Shown here one piece after another: positions 41,872 through 53,773 of a DNA stretch of 64,000 nucleotides. The position numbers and the translations under genes are program-made. Numbering within the stretch: the stretch's first letter is position 1; each line of letters opens with the position of its first letter. Origin of the DNA: Spirochaetia bacterium (GTDB lineage: Bacteria > Spirochaetota > Spirochaetia > UBA9216); assembly GCA_963677925.2 (NCBI GenBank), contig CAXXYH010000003.1, forward strand, positions 1,152,001-1,216,000, written 5' to 3'. Under the pieces are notes generated by a model that did not search any database, was not told the DNA's origin, and saw nothing but the letters and a program-made list of their open reading frames with translations.

Positions 41872-43491
41872 TCAATAGCTGTTAATCCTCTTCCTAAGCG
41901 GCAGGATTTGTGGTGGAGAAACTGATAGCTCATCTATTCCAGCTTCAATAAAAAACTCAGTAAGTTCCGGATAGGAAGCCATCTCTCCGCAAATTCCAAC
42001 CTCAATTCCCTTTTTATGAGCATTTGCTACAGTTAACTTTATTAAATCAAGAACTGCCTTGTGATTTCTATCAGTGTATTTTGATAGATAAGGATTCTGC
42101 CTGTCTATGCAGAGGGTATATTGAGTAAGATCATTCGTACCAATACTGAAAAAATCGACTTCTTCTGCGAGTTCAGAACTCAAAATTGCTGCAGCAGGAG
42201 TTTCAATCATAATGCCAATAGATAAATCTTGTCTGCAGCTTTGACCTTCACTTACCAGTTCTATACAGACCTCTTTAATTATTTTTTTTATTTTAACAAT
42301 TTCTTCAACACTAATAATCATCGGAAACATAACTGCAATATTCCCATATGCAGAGGCACGATATATAGCCCTTAACTGTGTTTTAAAAATCTGCGGTTTT
42401 TCAAAGCACAGCCTTATACCACGCATACCCAATGCAGGGTTAAACTCCGGGAGCAGCCCAAGATAATCAAGCTGCTTATCAGCTCCGACATCAAGTGTCC
42501 TGATAATAACTTCGGCCCCGCTCATATTCTCTGCAGCATTTTTGTAGATTAAAAACTGCTCCTCTTCCGAAGGAAGTTCTTCACGTTCTAAAAATATAAA
42601 CTCACTTCGAAAAAGCCCGATTCCTTCCGCATCATTTTCTTTAACCGCTTCAATATCTGATAAAGCTCCGATATTTGCATACAGCTTTATTGATTGACCG
42701 CTGGAGGTTATAGATTTCTTTCCTATGAATTTTTTTAGTTCATCCTGTTTCGACCCAGCCAATTCAATCAGCTTCCGGTATTTTAAGATCATATCAGGAT
42801 CAGGATTAATGATCAGCCTGCTTTTATCGGCATCAAGTATTGCCTTCTCAACCTTAAGGCTATCCGGAAAATCAACTCCGGACAGTGTAACAGCAGGTAT
42901 TCCCATTGTTCTTGCAAGAATTGCTGTATGAGAATTTATCGAACCATTTCGCATTAGAATGCCTAGAATCTTATCTCTATCAAGATGTACTGTTTCGCTC
43001 GGGGTGAGATCATCAGTAACAAGAATAACAGGTTCTTCATAAATATTACTTCTGGTTTGTTCCGGGTTCAGGATAAGCATTATCCTTGCTGTTATGTCTT
43101 TCACATCTGACTTTCTTTCTTCTATATAAGTAACGCCTGAGTCCTTCAGATATTCTTTAAAAAAATCTTCAGCAGAAAATACAGCAAATTCAGCGTTTAC
43201 TTTTTCTGAAGTTATCAAATCAATTACATAATTCTGATAGTCATGATCTTCGATCATCATTGACTGGATTTCGAAAATCTGAGCTGCAGATTCTCCTACT
43301 AATTCTACAGAATCAGCACACAGCTCCTGCAGCTGTGCTGCAGCCTGCTCGCATGCATATAAAAATCTTTTTATTTCAGATCCATAATCCTGAACAAGCT
43401 TTCGAGTAATATTGTTATCAATCTTTTTATAATAGTATACAGGGCCCATAGCAATTCCGGAAGAAACACTTTCGCCATTAAAGATAACCAT
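41872..43491 (-). CDS. ptsI: PTS enzyme I (PEP-protein phosphotransferase)
   Basis: SHTAILAR phospho-His, GIGLFRSEF, RTLDVGADK, NPALGMRGIR, SIGTNDLTQY, GICGE. Confidence 0.97.
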   Translation of the reverse strand: MVIFNGESVSSGIAMGPVYYYKKIDNNITRKLVQDYGSEIKRFLYACEQAAAQLQELCADSVELVGESAAQIFEIQSMMIEDHDYQNYVIDLITSEKVNAEFAVFSAEDFFKEYLKDSGVTYIEERKSDVKDITARIMLILNPEQTRSNIYEEPVILVTDDLTPSETVHLDRDKILGILMRNGSINSHTAILARTMGIPAVTLSGVDFPDSLKVEKAILDADKSRLIINPDPDMILKYRKLIELAGSKQDELKKFIGKKSITSSGQSIKLYANIGALSDIEAVKENDAEGIGLFRSEFIFLEREELPSEEEQFLIYKNAAENMSGAEVIIRTLDVGADKQLDYLGLLPEFNPALGMRGIRLCFEKPQIFKTQLRAIYRASAYGNIAVMFPMIISVEEIVKIKKIIKEVCIELVSEGQSCRQDLSIGIMIETPAAAILSSELAEEVDFFSIGTNDLTQYTLCIDRQNPYLSKYTDRNHKAVLDLIKLTVANAHKKGIEVGICGEMASYPELTEFFIEAGIDELSVSPPQILPLRKRINSY

Positions 43492-43513
43492 TTAAACACC
43501 TGTCCCGATTAAT

Positions 43514-43774
43514 TTAAAAATGCTCTTTGAGAAATTCAAGAACCGTCGCCATAGACACCTTCTCATCACCGCCGTCTACAACCACGGTTATAGTATCATC
43601 TTTTTTCACACCAAGCTTCATGAGTGCAAAAAGTCTATCTGCACCTGCAGTTTTTCCATCAGTCGTTTTTATTGACACCGATGAATCAAGCTGCTTGACA
43701 ACCTTCGCCAGCAAACCTGCCGGCCGGGCATGAATTCCGTTTTCATCTGTTATTATAAATGTTTGTTCTTTCAC
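43514..43774 (-). CDS. ptsH: HPr phosphocarrier protein
   Basis: GIHARPA with His15. Confidence 0.93.
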   Translation of the reverse strand: MKEQTFIITDENGIHARPAGLLAKVVKQLDSSVSIKTTDGKTAGADRLFALMKLGVKKDDTITVVVDGGDEKVSMATVLEFLKEHF

Positions 43775-44277
43775 TATCTGTCTCCTGTCTGCTTATCTGA
43801 TTTTTTTACTTTTATCAGATCATCACCTGCTTCAACACTTACTGATTTAACAGACACTACCTCAAGGTAATCTTCAGTATTAACTATCGTAACCGGAGTT
43901 GTAATATCATATCCAAGTTTTTCTATTTTTTTAATATTTATCTTCAGGAGAGGATCCCCAATGTTTACTTTATCTCCTTCTTTTACATAACTTTTAAAAT
44001 GCTTACCCTTTAATTCAACTGTATTCTGTCCAACATGAATTAAAACATCAACGCCATCGTCAGATTTTAATCCAACTGCATGAAAAGTTTCACAAAGGGT
44101 ATCAACAATTCCATTAACAGGTGAAAAAACCTTGTTCCCTGTCGGAATAACTGCTGCTCCCTCACCCATAACCTTTGAAGAAAATGCAGGATCACTAATT
44201 GACTCCAGAGGAACAACCTCGCCCTTAACTGGAGAAGGTATATTTATAATCATTGTATTTTGCATTTCTTTATCCAA
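43774..44277 (-). CDS. PTS EIIA component, glucose family
   Basis: DPAFSSKVMGEG, HAVGL, LIHVGQNTVEL. Confidence 0.93.
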   Translation of the reverse strand: MDKEMQNTMIINIPSPVKGEVVPLESISDPAFSSKVMGEGAAVIPTGNKVFSPVNGIVDTLCETFHAVGLKSDDGVDVLIHVGQNTVELKGKHFKSYVKEGDKVNIGDPLLKINIKKIEKLGYDITTPVTIVNTEDYLEVVSVKSVSVEAGDDLIKVKKSDKQTGDR

Positions 44278-44307
44278 AAAACACTCCTATCTTCTGCTGT
44301 ACAATTT

Positions 44308-45162
44308 TCAGGAATTTGAGTTTTTAATTTTTGTATTATTCACCATCCGTTCTATTCCCAGAATCAGGTATAGGCTATCGTCCGAACAAATATTCAAACT
44401 ATATTTATTCTTTACCCAGTCGGATATTTTAATTACAGATTTATAAGCTTCAGGATATTTTTCCCGTAGAATATTCAGAAGTTCATCATCCGAACTTTCA
44501 TTTATACTGCTGCTAATAAGTCTCTGGGCAAAAATTCTTATACTATTCACAAATCGCAAATAACCTACAGAGTCTTCATCCAGTTCAATATTAAAATCAG
44601 CTTTAACCATATCAGTTATTTCACCAATCATTTTAGTCATTTTCATAACATTGGTCATATCAATATCAGTTGAAGCATTTACAAAATGAAGAGCTATAAA
44701 TCCGGCTTCATCAATTTGGAAGTCAAGTCCGGTCTCATGTTTCAAAATATCAACAGCCATAACACCAATCTCAAACTCTTCACGATAATACCTCTTTATA
44801 TCCCACACAAGAGGATTCTGCAGAGTAATACCTTTCTTATAACGTTCAATAGCCATATTTATGTGATCCGACAAGGATACATATATACCATCATTCAGCT
44901 GCTTCCTGAATACATTAACAGCGTATTCAATAATCCGTTCAGTAATAAGAATATATTTCAAAGGTATTTCTGATAAAATTGCCTGAAACTTATCCAGGGA
45001 AATACCATCGGCAATAGTAAATATTTTTTCAACTTTTTCCGGGTCAATCAAATCACCGGCACGCTGCTGAAATCCGAGACCTTTTCCAAGGACAACTACT
45101 TCCCTGTCATTATCGTTCAATGCCACAACAGCATTATTGTTAAGTACCTTTCGTATTTTCAC
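44308..45162 (-). CDS. BglG/LicT-family transcriptional antiterminator
   Basis: CAT domain KVLNNN...VLGKGLGF; PRD1 LSDH100, IALH159. Confidence 0.95.
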   Translation of the reverse strand: MKIRKVLNNNAVVALNDNDREVVVLGKGLGFQQRAGDLIDPEKVEKIFTIADGISLDKFQAILSEIPLKYILITERIIEYAVNVFRKQLNDGIYVSLSDHINMAIERYKKGITLQNPLVWDIKRYYREEFEIGVMAVDILKHETGLDFQIDEAGFIALHFVNASTDIDMTNVMKMTKMIGEITDMVKADFNIELDEDSVGYLRFVNSIRIFAQRLISSSINESSDDELLNILREKYPEAYKSVIKISDWVKNKYSLNICSDDSLYLILGIERMVNNTKIKNSNS

Positions 45163-45228
45163 CTATTAACCCCAATATGCAGGCCATACAGTTAAAGTAT
45201 GGCCTGCCCAAATAAGTACTTTAAAATT

Positions 45229-46068
45229 CTAATACGCATCACCTAAAATATAATTAACACCCTTTTTAAGTTCACTGATCAGATCTCCTCCTTTACTGGC
45301 ATTGTCCTGATCAATCATAACTCCATACGGAAATAAATCAAGCTCCGATAGAAGTTCCATGACTGAAACATGATCAACAATTCCATCGCCGATACTGCAA
45401 AACGCTTCCTCTTTCTGAACTTCACTATAATTCGAGTTAATATCTTTAAAGTGAACGGCTATTATTCTATCCTTATATTCACGGATAAACTTTACAGGAT
45501 CACCGCCGCCGTACACAGCCCAACCTGTATCAATCTCTGCAGTTACACAGGGCCCGCTTTTTTTCATTATATATTCCATAACACTTATCCTACCATACTC
45601 GGTATCAGCACTGTGGAACTCCATATCATGATTGTGAATACTTAAAGTGATCCCCAATGGATTTAGTTTAAGATTGGCTTCGGTTATATCCAAAGCCAGG
45701 GCTGCAGCCTTATCCAGCTTTAATTCATCAAGCATGGGGCTGAAAATGAAATGCTTAATTCCTGTTTTCTTCGAGACACTCATAAGATCATCTATGCATT
45801 CAACAGCTGTCTTTTCAAGAAAACCGACATGTGCCGATGAAATTTCAAGACCAAGCTTTTTCATTCGCGGCTTCATCTCAAGTATGGTATCTGCCGACCA
45901 GATACAGAACTTCACCCTTCTTGAAGGAATTTCTTCGACTTTTTGCCAGTCGAGCAATACAAAGGGTTCAACCGCACTGAAACCGCAGCGTTTTATATTC
46001 TCCAGAGTTCCCCAGAGATCATCTTTCATTAATAATGCCGGTCCGTATAATCCACAACTTAACTGCAT
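45229..46068 (-). CDS. Sugar phosphate isomerase/epimerase (xylose-isomerase-like TIM barrel)
   Basis: HNHDMEF, EIDTGW, VHFKD, IGDGIVD. Confidence 0.85.
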   Translation of the reverse strand: MQLSCGLYGPALLMKDDLWGTLENIKRCGFSAVEPFVLLDWQKVEEIPSRRVKFCIWSADTILEMKPRMKKLGLEISSAHVGFLEKTAVECIDDLMSVSKKTGIKHFIFSPMLDELKLDKAAALALDITEANLKLNPLGITLSIHNHDMEFHSADTEYGRISVMEYIMKKSGPCVTAEIDTGWAVYGGGDPVKFIREYKDRIIAVHFKDINSNYSEVQKEEAFCSIGDGIVDHVSVMELLSELDLFPYGVMIDQDNASKGGDLISELKKGVNYILGDAY

Positions 46069-46108
46069 TCTGTATTCTCCGGTTTATAATATAACTGCTC
46101 CACCGGCA

Positions 46109-47473
46109 TTAATTACTGCTTTTTACAAGCATTTTGTCATTATAGCCGAAAATGTATGTTGCAGTAAAACTAAGAATCAGTGCAGAAAACATTCCTATAG
46201 CGCCAACACTACCATACATAGCTACAACCGCTGGTAATGTTAAAAGATTTCCAGATAAAAAAGCCGTAGCCAAAGAACCTGCTGTTGCAAGAAGAATCCC
46301 GCTAATTGCATTTGCTACGCATGCTATTACAAACGGTCTTTTATATTTCAAAACAACACCGTATATCGCAGGTTCAGTAACTCCACCCAGAAAAGCAGAA
46401 ATAACTGATGAGCCTGCTATCTGCTTAAGCTCTCGATCTTTGGTTTTAAAAAACACTGCAAGACAGGCTCCGGTTATAGCAAATCCTGTAGCAACTACAA
46501 TTGGCATAAGATTATCATATCCGTAGGCTGCATAATTATTCATCACAATTGGAATTAAACCCCAGTGAAGACCGAAAATGATCATAATCGGCCAGAAAAA
46601 ACCAAGAAGTGCACCTGCAACTGGTGGTGAAAAACCAAGAATTAAATCGATACCCTTTGCAAGATTGGAAGCAAGAATATCCGTAACAGGGCCAATCACT
46701 AAAAATGTCACTGGAAGAATAACAAGCAATGTAATGAAGGGTACCAGTATTCCCTGAATAACCTTCGGTAATACAAGCTTTAAAAGTTTTTCAAACCGGG
46801 ACTGAACATAAACAGCAATAATTACCGGAATTACCGAAGAAGTGTAGCGAATAAGTACAACCGGTATTCCAATGAAGGTTACTTCAGCGCCGCCGGAAGT
46901 AAGTGCAGTAATTGCAGGGTATACAAGGCCGGCTGCAATAGCCATTGAAATGTAGGGATTGGTTTTGAATTTTTTCCCAGCAGTATGCGCTAAAAAGAAT
47001 GGTAGAAAATAAAACACACCATCTGCCGCAGCAAAAAGAATTTTGTATGTAGTGCCCTCATTTGAAAGGATATTCGTAGTTACTAATAAAACAAGAAGAC
47101 CTTTAAGTAAACCTGCTGCCATGAATGCACCCATAAAAGGCATGAATATGCCTGATATGATATCAATTGCCTTTCCAAGAAAACTTTTATGATCGGCCTC
47201 TTCATCATCCCCCCCTAAATTTATAGAGGTTATCTTACCGATCTCTTCATATACATCGCTTACATCAGTACCAATTACTACCTGATACTGACCGCCTGCA
47301 ACAAGAACCTGTATAACTCCGTTAATCTGCTTAAGAGATTCTACGTCAACATTGTCCTTGTCTTTTACTTTAAATCTCAACCTGGTCATACAGTGATTTA
47401 AAGAAATAATATTTTGTTCTTCACCAAGTTCTCTGACAATATCTTTTGCCATTTGATTAAAATTTTTAGCCAC
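46109..47473 (-). CDS. PTS beta-glucoside-type EIIBC component
   Basis: HCMTRLRF, GQYQVVIG, FGLHW, GVTEPAIYGV. Confidence 0.95.
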   Translation of the reverse strand: MAKNFNQMAKDIVRELGEEQNIISLNHCMTRLRFKVKDKDNVDVESLKQINGVIQVLVAGGQYQVVIGTDVSDVYEEIGKITSINLGGDDEEADHKSFLGKAIDIISGIFMPFMGAFMAAGLLKGLLVLLVTTNILSNEGTTYKILFAAADGVFYFLPFFLAHTAGKKFKTNPYISMAIAAGLVYPAITALTSGGAEVTFIGIPVVLIRYTSSVIPVIIAVYVQSRFEKLLKLVLPKVIQGILVPFITLLVILPVTFLVIGPVTDILASNLAKGIDLILGFSPPVAGALLGFFWPIMIIFGLHWGLIPIVMNNYAAYGYDNLMPIVVATGFAITGACLAVFFKTKDRELKQIAGSSVISAFLGGVTEPAIYGVVLKYKRPFVIACVANAISGILLATAGSLATAFLSGNLLTLPAVVAMYGSVGAIGMFSALILSFTATYIFGYNDKMLVKSSN

Positions 47474-47557
47474 AACTACTCCTCCTGTTTTTTTGGTAAT
47501 CAGCTAAATAATAAACTCCATATAAATCGATAAATGCTCCTAAACCTCCTTTTGGAC

Positions 47558-47607
47558 AAAAAAAATAGGCAAGCCGACTTATCCCTGAGGATAAGCAGAC
47601 TTGCCTA
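47558..47607 (-). terminator. Conditional terminator upstream of EIIBC
   Basis: Minus strand TAGGCAAGTCTGCTTATCC-loop-GGATAAGTCGGCTTGCCTA followed by T8. Confidence 0.9.
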
Positions 47608-47625
47608 ATTTAATAGTAACAATCT
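47597..47625 (-). promoter_or_regulatory. RAT (ribonucleic antiterminator) element
   Basis: AGATTGTTACTATTAAATTAGGCAAGTCT matches the BglG/LicT RAT pattern GGATTGTTACT...AGGCAAAACC and overlaps the terminator 5' arm. Confidence 0.9.
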
Positions 47626-47690
47626 CTATTGACTAACAAGCTATCACAACAAAATGATAATGTCTATGCCAAATTATTCGAACACCGGAA

Positions 47691-49133
<1,443 letters not shown>

Positions 49134-49313
49134 TTACAGCAAGCGAGCTCTATTCATGCTCGCTCTGTGCAGAACACAATATAAACGTGAGTGATTTCAA
49201 TTACAATTATCCGTGATGCTTTCAAATAAAATATTTATTATTTTTTAATAAAAATCAGGAATAAATTGCTGCCCTGGACGTTTCCGCTGACTATTCATTC
49301 CTGATATAACAAA

Positions 49314-50204
49314 CTACAGCTTATCAAGATATGCTCTTATTGAATCAATATCATGGTTGACCTGTTGTTTAACTTCTTCAATCGAGTTAAATTTTTTAAC
49401 ACCTCTTATAAATACATGAACCTCAAGACTTATGATCTTTCCATATAAATCACCTGAAAAATCAAGTAAAAATGCTTCAATAGTCAGATAGTCATAATCA
49501 TCTACAGAAGGGCGTTTACCTATATTAGTGAGTCCTTTAACAGCCTTTCCGTCAATATCTGACAGCGTGCCGTAGACACCGTCAGAGGGAAGCTGCTTCC
49601 ATGGCTCAAAACCGATATTTGCAGTCGGCATGCCCACAGTACGCCCGAGAGCTTTTCCATGCATGACTTCACCCATTATAAGATATGGATGGCCAAGCAT
49701 TCTGTTGGCTTGCTCAAGAGAACCTTTGCACAGCACATCAAGTATTCTTTTAGAGGTAAGAGGTTTATTTTCAAACTCAACAGTATCAACTTCTATTAAC
49801 TTAAAACCATACTTTATAGAGCATGATTGAATCAGCTTAATTTGAGGATTCTGCTTCCCTGCAACAATGATTTCTGCCCCGGCAGTTTTACAAAGAAAAT
49901 CATTGATGAAATTTTCAATATCTGTTCCATCAAATTCATATTCTGCTGCAAATGAAATAATCTCATCAAGACCGGAATCTTTGAGTAAGGTATATTTTTC
50001 AAGCTTTGTAGAAAGTATTTTTTGTTTCTCCATAATTTCATCTGGATATTCAAAACAAACTATTGCAGGTTTTAATTTATTACTTTGAGCCAATTCTACA
50101 ACTTTATTTATAACACTCATGTGGCCCTGATGAATTCCATCAAAATCACCAAAAGCAATACATCTATTTTCTGTGCAAATTTCTTTATTGTTCAAAATTC
50201 TCAT
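49314..50204 (-). CDS. RibF-like riboflavin kinase / FMN adenylyltransferase
   Basis: GDFDGIHQGH; GEVMHGKALGRTVGMPTAN, GVY, NIGKRPS, IEAFLLDF. Confidence 0.85.
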   Translation of the reverse strand: MRILNNKEICTENRCIAFGDFDGIHQGHMSVINKVVELAQSNKLKPAIVCFEYPDEIMEKQKILSTKLEKYTLLKDSGLDEIISFAAEYEFDGTDIENFINDFLCKTAGAEIIVAGKQNPQIKLIQSCSIKYGFKLIEVDTVEFENKPLTSKRILDVLCKGSLEQANRMLGHPYLIMGEVMHGKALGRTVGMPTANIGFEPWKQLPSDGVYGTLSDIDGKAVKGLTNIGKRPSVDDYDYLTIEAFLLDFSGDLYGKIISLEVHVFIRGVKKFNSIEEVKQQVNHDIDSIRAYLDKL

Positions 50205-50327
50205 ATCAACTCTTTCAGATAAGATTTCATTTCTTTGGATTATAAAAACAGGAATTAACTCTGTTTAATATTGCAGGTAAATGCAGGGATTTCGAAGAAC
50301 TCCAGCCCTTCGAAATCCGTAAAAGTA

Positions 50328-51683
50328 TTATTTAACCAGGCTTGGAGAACTTTTCCTTGTTCCAATCAGAAAAATAATCATACCAATTGCAAAATATCCG
50401 GCAGTCCAGGCCCATAGCTGCCATCCTCCGGAGACAATTCCCGGGATATATGCACAAATTATTATAACAAATGTTGCTATTGGAAGAAAATTTCCACCTG
50501 GTGCCTTGAATACATCTTTAACATCAGGATTCTTTTTTCGAGCTGCAATGATGGTCAGACATACTATAGCAACAACAATAGCGTTACAAAGCGCACCAAG
50601 ATTGACTATCAGATTCGTAAACTTCGGAAAAGCTGCAACAACACCGACAACCACCATCACAACTATAAGAGAGTTGACCGGCATATTAGTGCTATTGCTC
50701 GTTTTGGCAAAAAACTTTGGAAGGATCCCGCTTTCTGCAGAAGCCTGCAGTGCCCTGGCGGATAATGCTATAACAACAATTATTGTAGTAAGAAGCGCCA
50801 GAACTGCAGATATTGAAATCAGTGGTACAAGCCATGGAATAGATGCAAGCTTCGTAAATGCGGCTGCATAAAGGGGAATATATGCCATACCGGGATTTTC
50901 CTGCAGAAAACCGGAGTTCACCAATCCAAGTGTAGCCAGAATTGTCAGTACATATAAGATTAAAACTACAGTCATTGCAATTGACATTGCCTTTGGAACA
51001 GTTTTATTTGGATTCTTAATTTCACCAACCATAAATGAAACTGAAACTATCGAACCAAATGCAACCATTGCTACTGGAATAGCTCCCATAAATCCAAATG
51101 TTCCTTCAGCTCCCTGAGTGAAAAATGGTTTTAATAAGTTTGAATCCCAATGTCCGGAAAACAGTGCAATACAAATAAATATTACCATTGTTACTGCCAA
51201 ACCAATGGTCAGGCCGGTGTTAATCTTTCCCATAGCCGTTATTTTAACCACGTTTAATATACCGCAGAATAAAACAGCTGCAATTGCCAAAGGCACCTGA
51301 TATGCTCCCAATGCAGGAAAACTTACACCTAGATAAATACTCACGTAAATCGCGGAAAAAGCAGCCCCTGCAATACATCCGAATAGATATGCCCATGAAG
51401 AAATCCAGCCCCATAATTTCCCCTGCTTTTCTGTTTTACCGAGAGACTTGGAGGGAAAAACAAAAATACCGCCTGAGTGCGGAAAAATAGTTGATAATTC
51501 CGCAGTTTGAAGACCATAGGCAAAAAGAATAATTGCAGCGATTATCCATGATAAAATTGCAGCCGGGCCTGCGTTTAAAATTGTAACACCGGATAATGAA
51601 AAGATTGCGCTACCAATCATTCCACCGATCAAGATTGATGAACTGTCCATCAATCCCAGCTTTCCTTGTTCCTTTTTTGACAT
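50328..51683 (-). CDS. APC-family amino acid permease
   Basis: IGGMIGSAIF, AELSTIFPHSGG, GEIKNPNKTVPKA. Confidence 0.92.
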   Translation of the reverse strand: MSKKEQGKLGLMDSSSILIGGMIGSAIFSLSGVTILNAGPAAILSWIIAAIILFAYGLQTAELSTIFPHSGGIFVFPSKSLGKTEKQGKLWGWISSWAYLFGCIAGAAFSAIYVSIYLGVSFPALGAYQVPLAIAAVLFCGILNVVKITAMGKINTGLTIGLAVTMVIFICIALFSGHWDSNLLKPFFTQGAEGTFGFMGAIPVAMVAFGSIVSVSFMVGEIKNPNKTVPKAMSIAMTVVLILYVLTILATLGLVNSGFLQENPGMAYIPLYAAAFTKLASIPWLVPLISISAVLALLTTIIVVIALSARALQASAESGILPKFFAKTSNSTNMPVNSLIVVMVVVGVVAAFPKFTNLIVNLGALCNAIVVAIVCLTIIAARKKNPDVKDVFKAPGGNFLPIATFVIIICAYIPGIVSGGWQLWAWTAGYFAIGMIIFLIGTRKSSPSLVK

Positions 51684-51740
51684 ACTAATCTATCCTCCTA
51701 ATCATTCCTTAAAGATTCAACCTGTTTTAAAACAATGTTT

Positions 51741-52772
51741 TTATGTTTCAATTACAATCCTATAAGTAGCCGGATCTATTGCCCGCTCAAAGGCGTAATC
51801 AATATTTGATAACGGAACAACCTCGGAAACAAGTTTCGATGCATCGATTATTCCGAATGAGAGCAGTCTAACTGCTGACATAAAATCCTGTGTGTTTGAA
51901 TTAACTGCACCTGTAATAATCTTTTCTGATGAATGAACTGAATTAACATCCAGTTCTATTGGTTTGCCTTTCGGGAAAGAGGAATACATAACTACAAAGC
52001 CATTATTTCCTGTCATATTGATACTCTGTTCTGCAAGCGATGTTAATGCAGCGGTACAGAACACAACATCCGCCCCCCTTCCATCAGTATATTCCTTGAC
52101 TTTTGCTACAGCATCCTCTTCACGCGAGTTTATAAGAATATCTGCACCCATGAGCTTCGCCATCTCCAGTCGCTTGTCATCAACCTCACAGGCTATAACT
52201 CTGGCACCTTTAAGCTTTGCCAGCTGGATATGGAAAGCACCCATGATCCCGTTTCCAACAACAACTACATCATTTCCAAGCTGTATATTTGCGTTATTAA
52301 TACTGTGTACACAACAGGCTAACGGTTCAGTCAGGGCTGCATATTTTAATTCAAGGTCATCGGAGACTTTGTACAGGGCTTTAGCCTCAATCAGCATGTA
52401 CTCTGCAAATCCGCCGGGACCGCCTACCCCTTCGTGGATATTTGCAATAAAAGCAGTCTCACATTTACTCTCATGACCTGTTCGGCAGTAATAACATTCA
52501 CCACAGGTTGTCAAAATCCTGGCGGCTACCTTGTCACCGATTTTCAGATTCTTAACTTTATCGCCTACCGCTGCAACTGTTCCGGCCGCCTCATGACCTC
52601 CCGCATACGGATATCTCTGAAAAATACCGTTATAGATTCTTTGTTCCAGCGTACAGATAGCGCAGTTGGTGATTTTTACAAGAACCTGCGATCCCTGTGG
52701 TTCCCTGATTTCTTTTTCATCAAAATTGAATTTCTTCACATCTGAATGAATTGCAACTTTGTATGTCTTCAT
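51741..52772 (-). CDS. Zinc-dependent (sugar/polyol-type) dehydrogenase
   Basis: GHEAAG, CGECYYCRTGHESKC, EPLACC, GNGIMG. Confidence 0.92.
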   Translation of the reverse strand: MKTYKVAIHSDVKKFNFDEKEIREPQGSQVLVKITNCAICTLEQRIYNGIFQRYPYAGGHEAAGTVAAVGDKVKNLKIGDKVAARILTTCGECYYCRTGHESKCETAFIANIHEGVGGPGGFAEYMLIEAKALYKVSDDLELKYAALTEPLACCVHSINNANIQLGNDVVVVGNGIMGAFHIQLAKLKGARVIACEVDDKRLEMAKLMGADILINSREEDAVAKVKEYTDGRGADVVFCTAALTSLAEQSINMTGNNGFVVMYSSFPKGKPIELDVNSVHSSEKIITGAVNSNTQDFMSAVRLLSFGIIDASKLVSEVVPLSNIDYAFERAIDPATYRIVIET

Positions 52773-52780
52773 CTTTTCTC

Positions 52781-53581
52781 CTAGAATTTCTTATTCAACT
52801 CTTTGAGAGCTGCATCAACACTGCAGTTTTCATGTATCATTTTTGCTATAGCACCTGCATATCTGGCAGGATCTTCATGTCCCCAGATATTTCTTCCCAT
52901 AGCTACACCCGCTCCGCCGGCATCAATCGAATCTTTAATTTCTGCGAGAAGTTTCTCTTCCGATACTTTTTTACTGCCCCCGAGAATAACTACCGGAACA
53001 TATACACTTTCACATAACTCATGAAATGTTTCCTGTGACCCCGTATACTCGGTTTTAATGACATCGGCGCCCATCTCAGCACCCATTCTGCAGGCGAAGG
53101 TTATATTCTCCGGAGTACGTGAATCTTCACCTCCCTCGAACCCCCTGGGAAGCATCTCAGCAACAACCGGAACACCCCACTGATCGGCGTCCAGTATATT
53201 TCTTGAAAGGTCATTCAGAATCTGGTCTTCCCATTTGGATCCAGGGAACCCCATGCTGATAACCGCATCAGCCCCAAGTCTTAATGCATCTTCAACTTTA
53301 ACAACAGTCTGCAGAGGCTTTGACTTTGAACCCAAAAATGAACATGAACCATCCAGGCGAAGAATTATCCCCCTGCCGTGAAACTTATCTGCAAATTTAG
53401 CAGCAAGTCCAACGGTAGACAGAAAGGCATCTGCTCCTGCTCTGGCGACTTCACTGATTATTTTTCCAGGTTCTTTCATGGCCGGCAGAACATTGAACAT
53501 ATTGCCATGGTCCATTGCCATGATAAAAACTTTTCTGTCTTCCCTGAATAGATGATTCATACGATGTGTTTTTGTTGACAT
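52781..53581 (-). CDS. Class I DhnA/LsrF-like aldolase
   Basis: MAMDHG, GADVIKT Schiff-base Lys, ILGG, GRNIW. Confidence 0.9.
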   Translation of the reverse strand: MSTKTHRMNHLFREDRKVFIMAMDHGNMFNVLPAMKEPGKIISEVARAGADAFLSTVGLAAKFADKFHGRGIILRLDGSCSFLGSKSKPLQTVVKVEDALRLGADAVISMGFPGSKWEDQILNDLSRNILDADQWGVPVVAEMLPRGFEGGEDSRTPENITFACRMGAEMGADVIKTEYTGSQETFHELCESVYVPVVILGGSKKVSEEKLLAEIKDSIDAGGAGVAMGRNIWGHEDPARYAGAIAKMIHENCSVDAALKELNKKF

Positions 53582-53608
53582 ATATATGCTTCCTATTTTT
53601 ATTCAATT

Positions 53609-53659
53609 TTTTTGGGTGTTACATATGCTCACCATGCGATCATTTGTAACACCCAAAAA
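53609..53659. promoter_or_regulatory. Inverted repeat, candidate operator of the SorC-family regulator
   Basis: tttttgggtgttaca-N21-tgtaacacccaaaaa (15-bp perfect arms) just upstream of the aldolase ATG. Confidence 0.7.
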
Positions 53660-53773
53660 CAGACTAACACAGCATACCTGAGAAGTAAAGCTTTTTAAGA
53701 AAAAATTTAAAGATTTATAACCTGGTTTTTTAAAGGGAGGGTTGCTGCTAAATATCCGGACAAAGAAAAGATT

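Noticed and set aside
45179-45207. Isolated intergenic hairpins (also near 3183-3204, 49142-49164, 50287-50318) as members of the twin-hairpin family
   Set aside because: Single stems without the TTTT/AAAA twin architecture; consistent with terminators or mRNA-stabilising stems.
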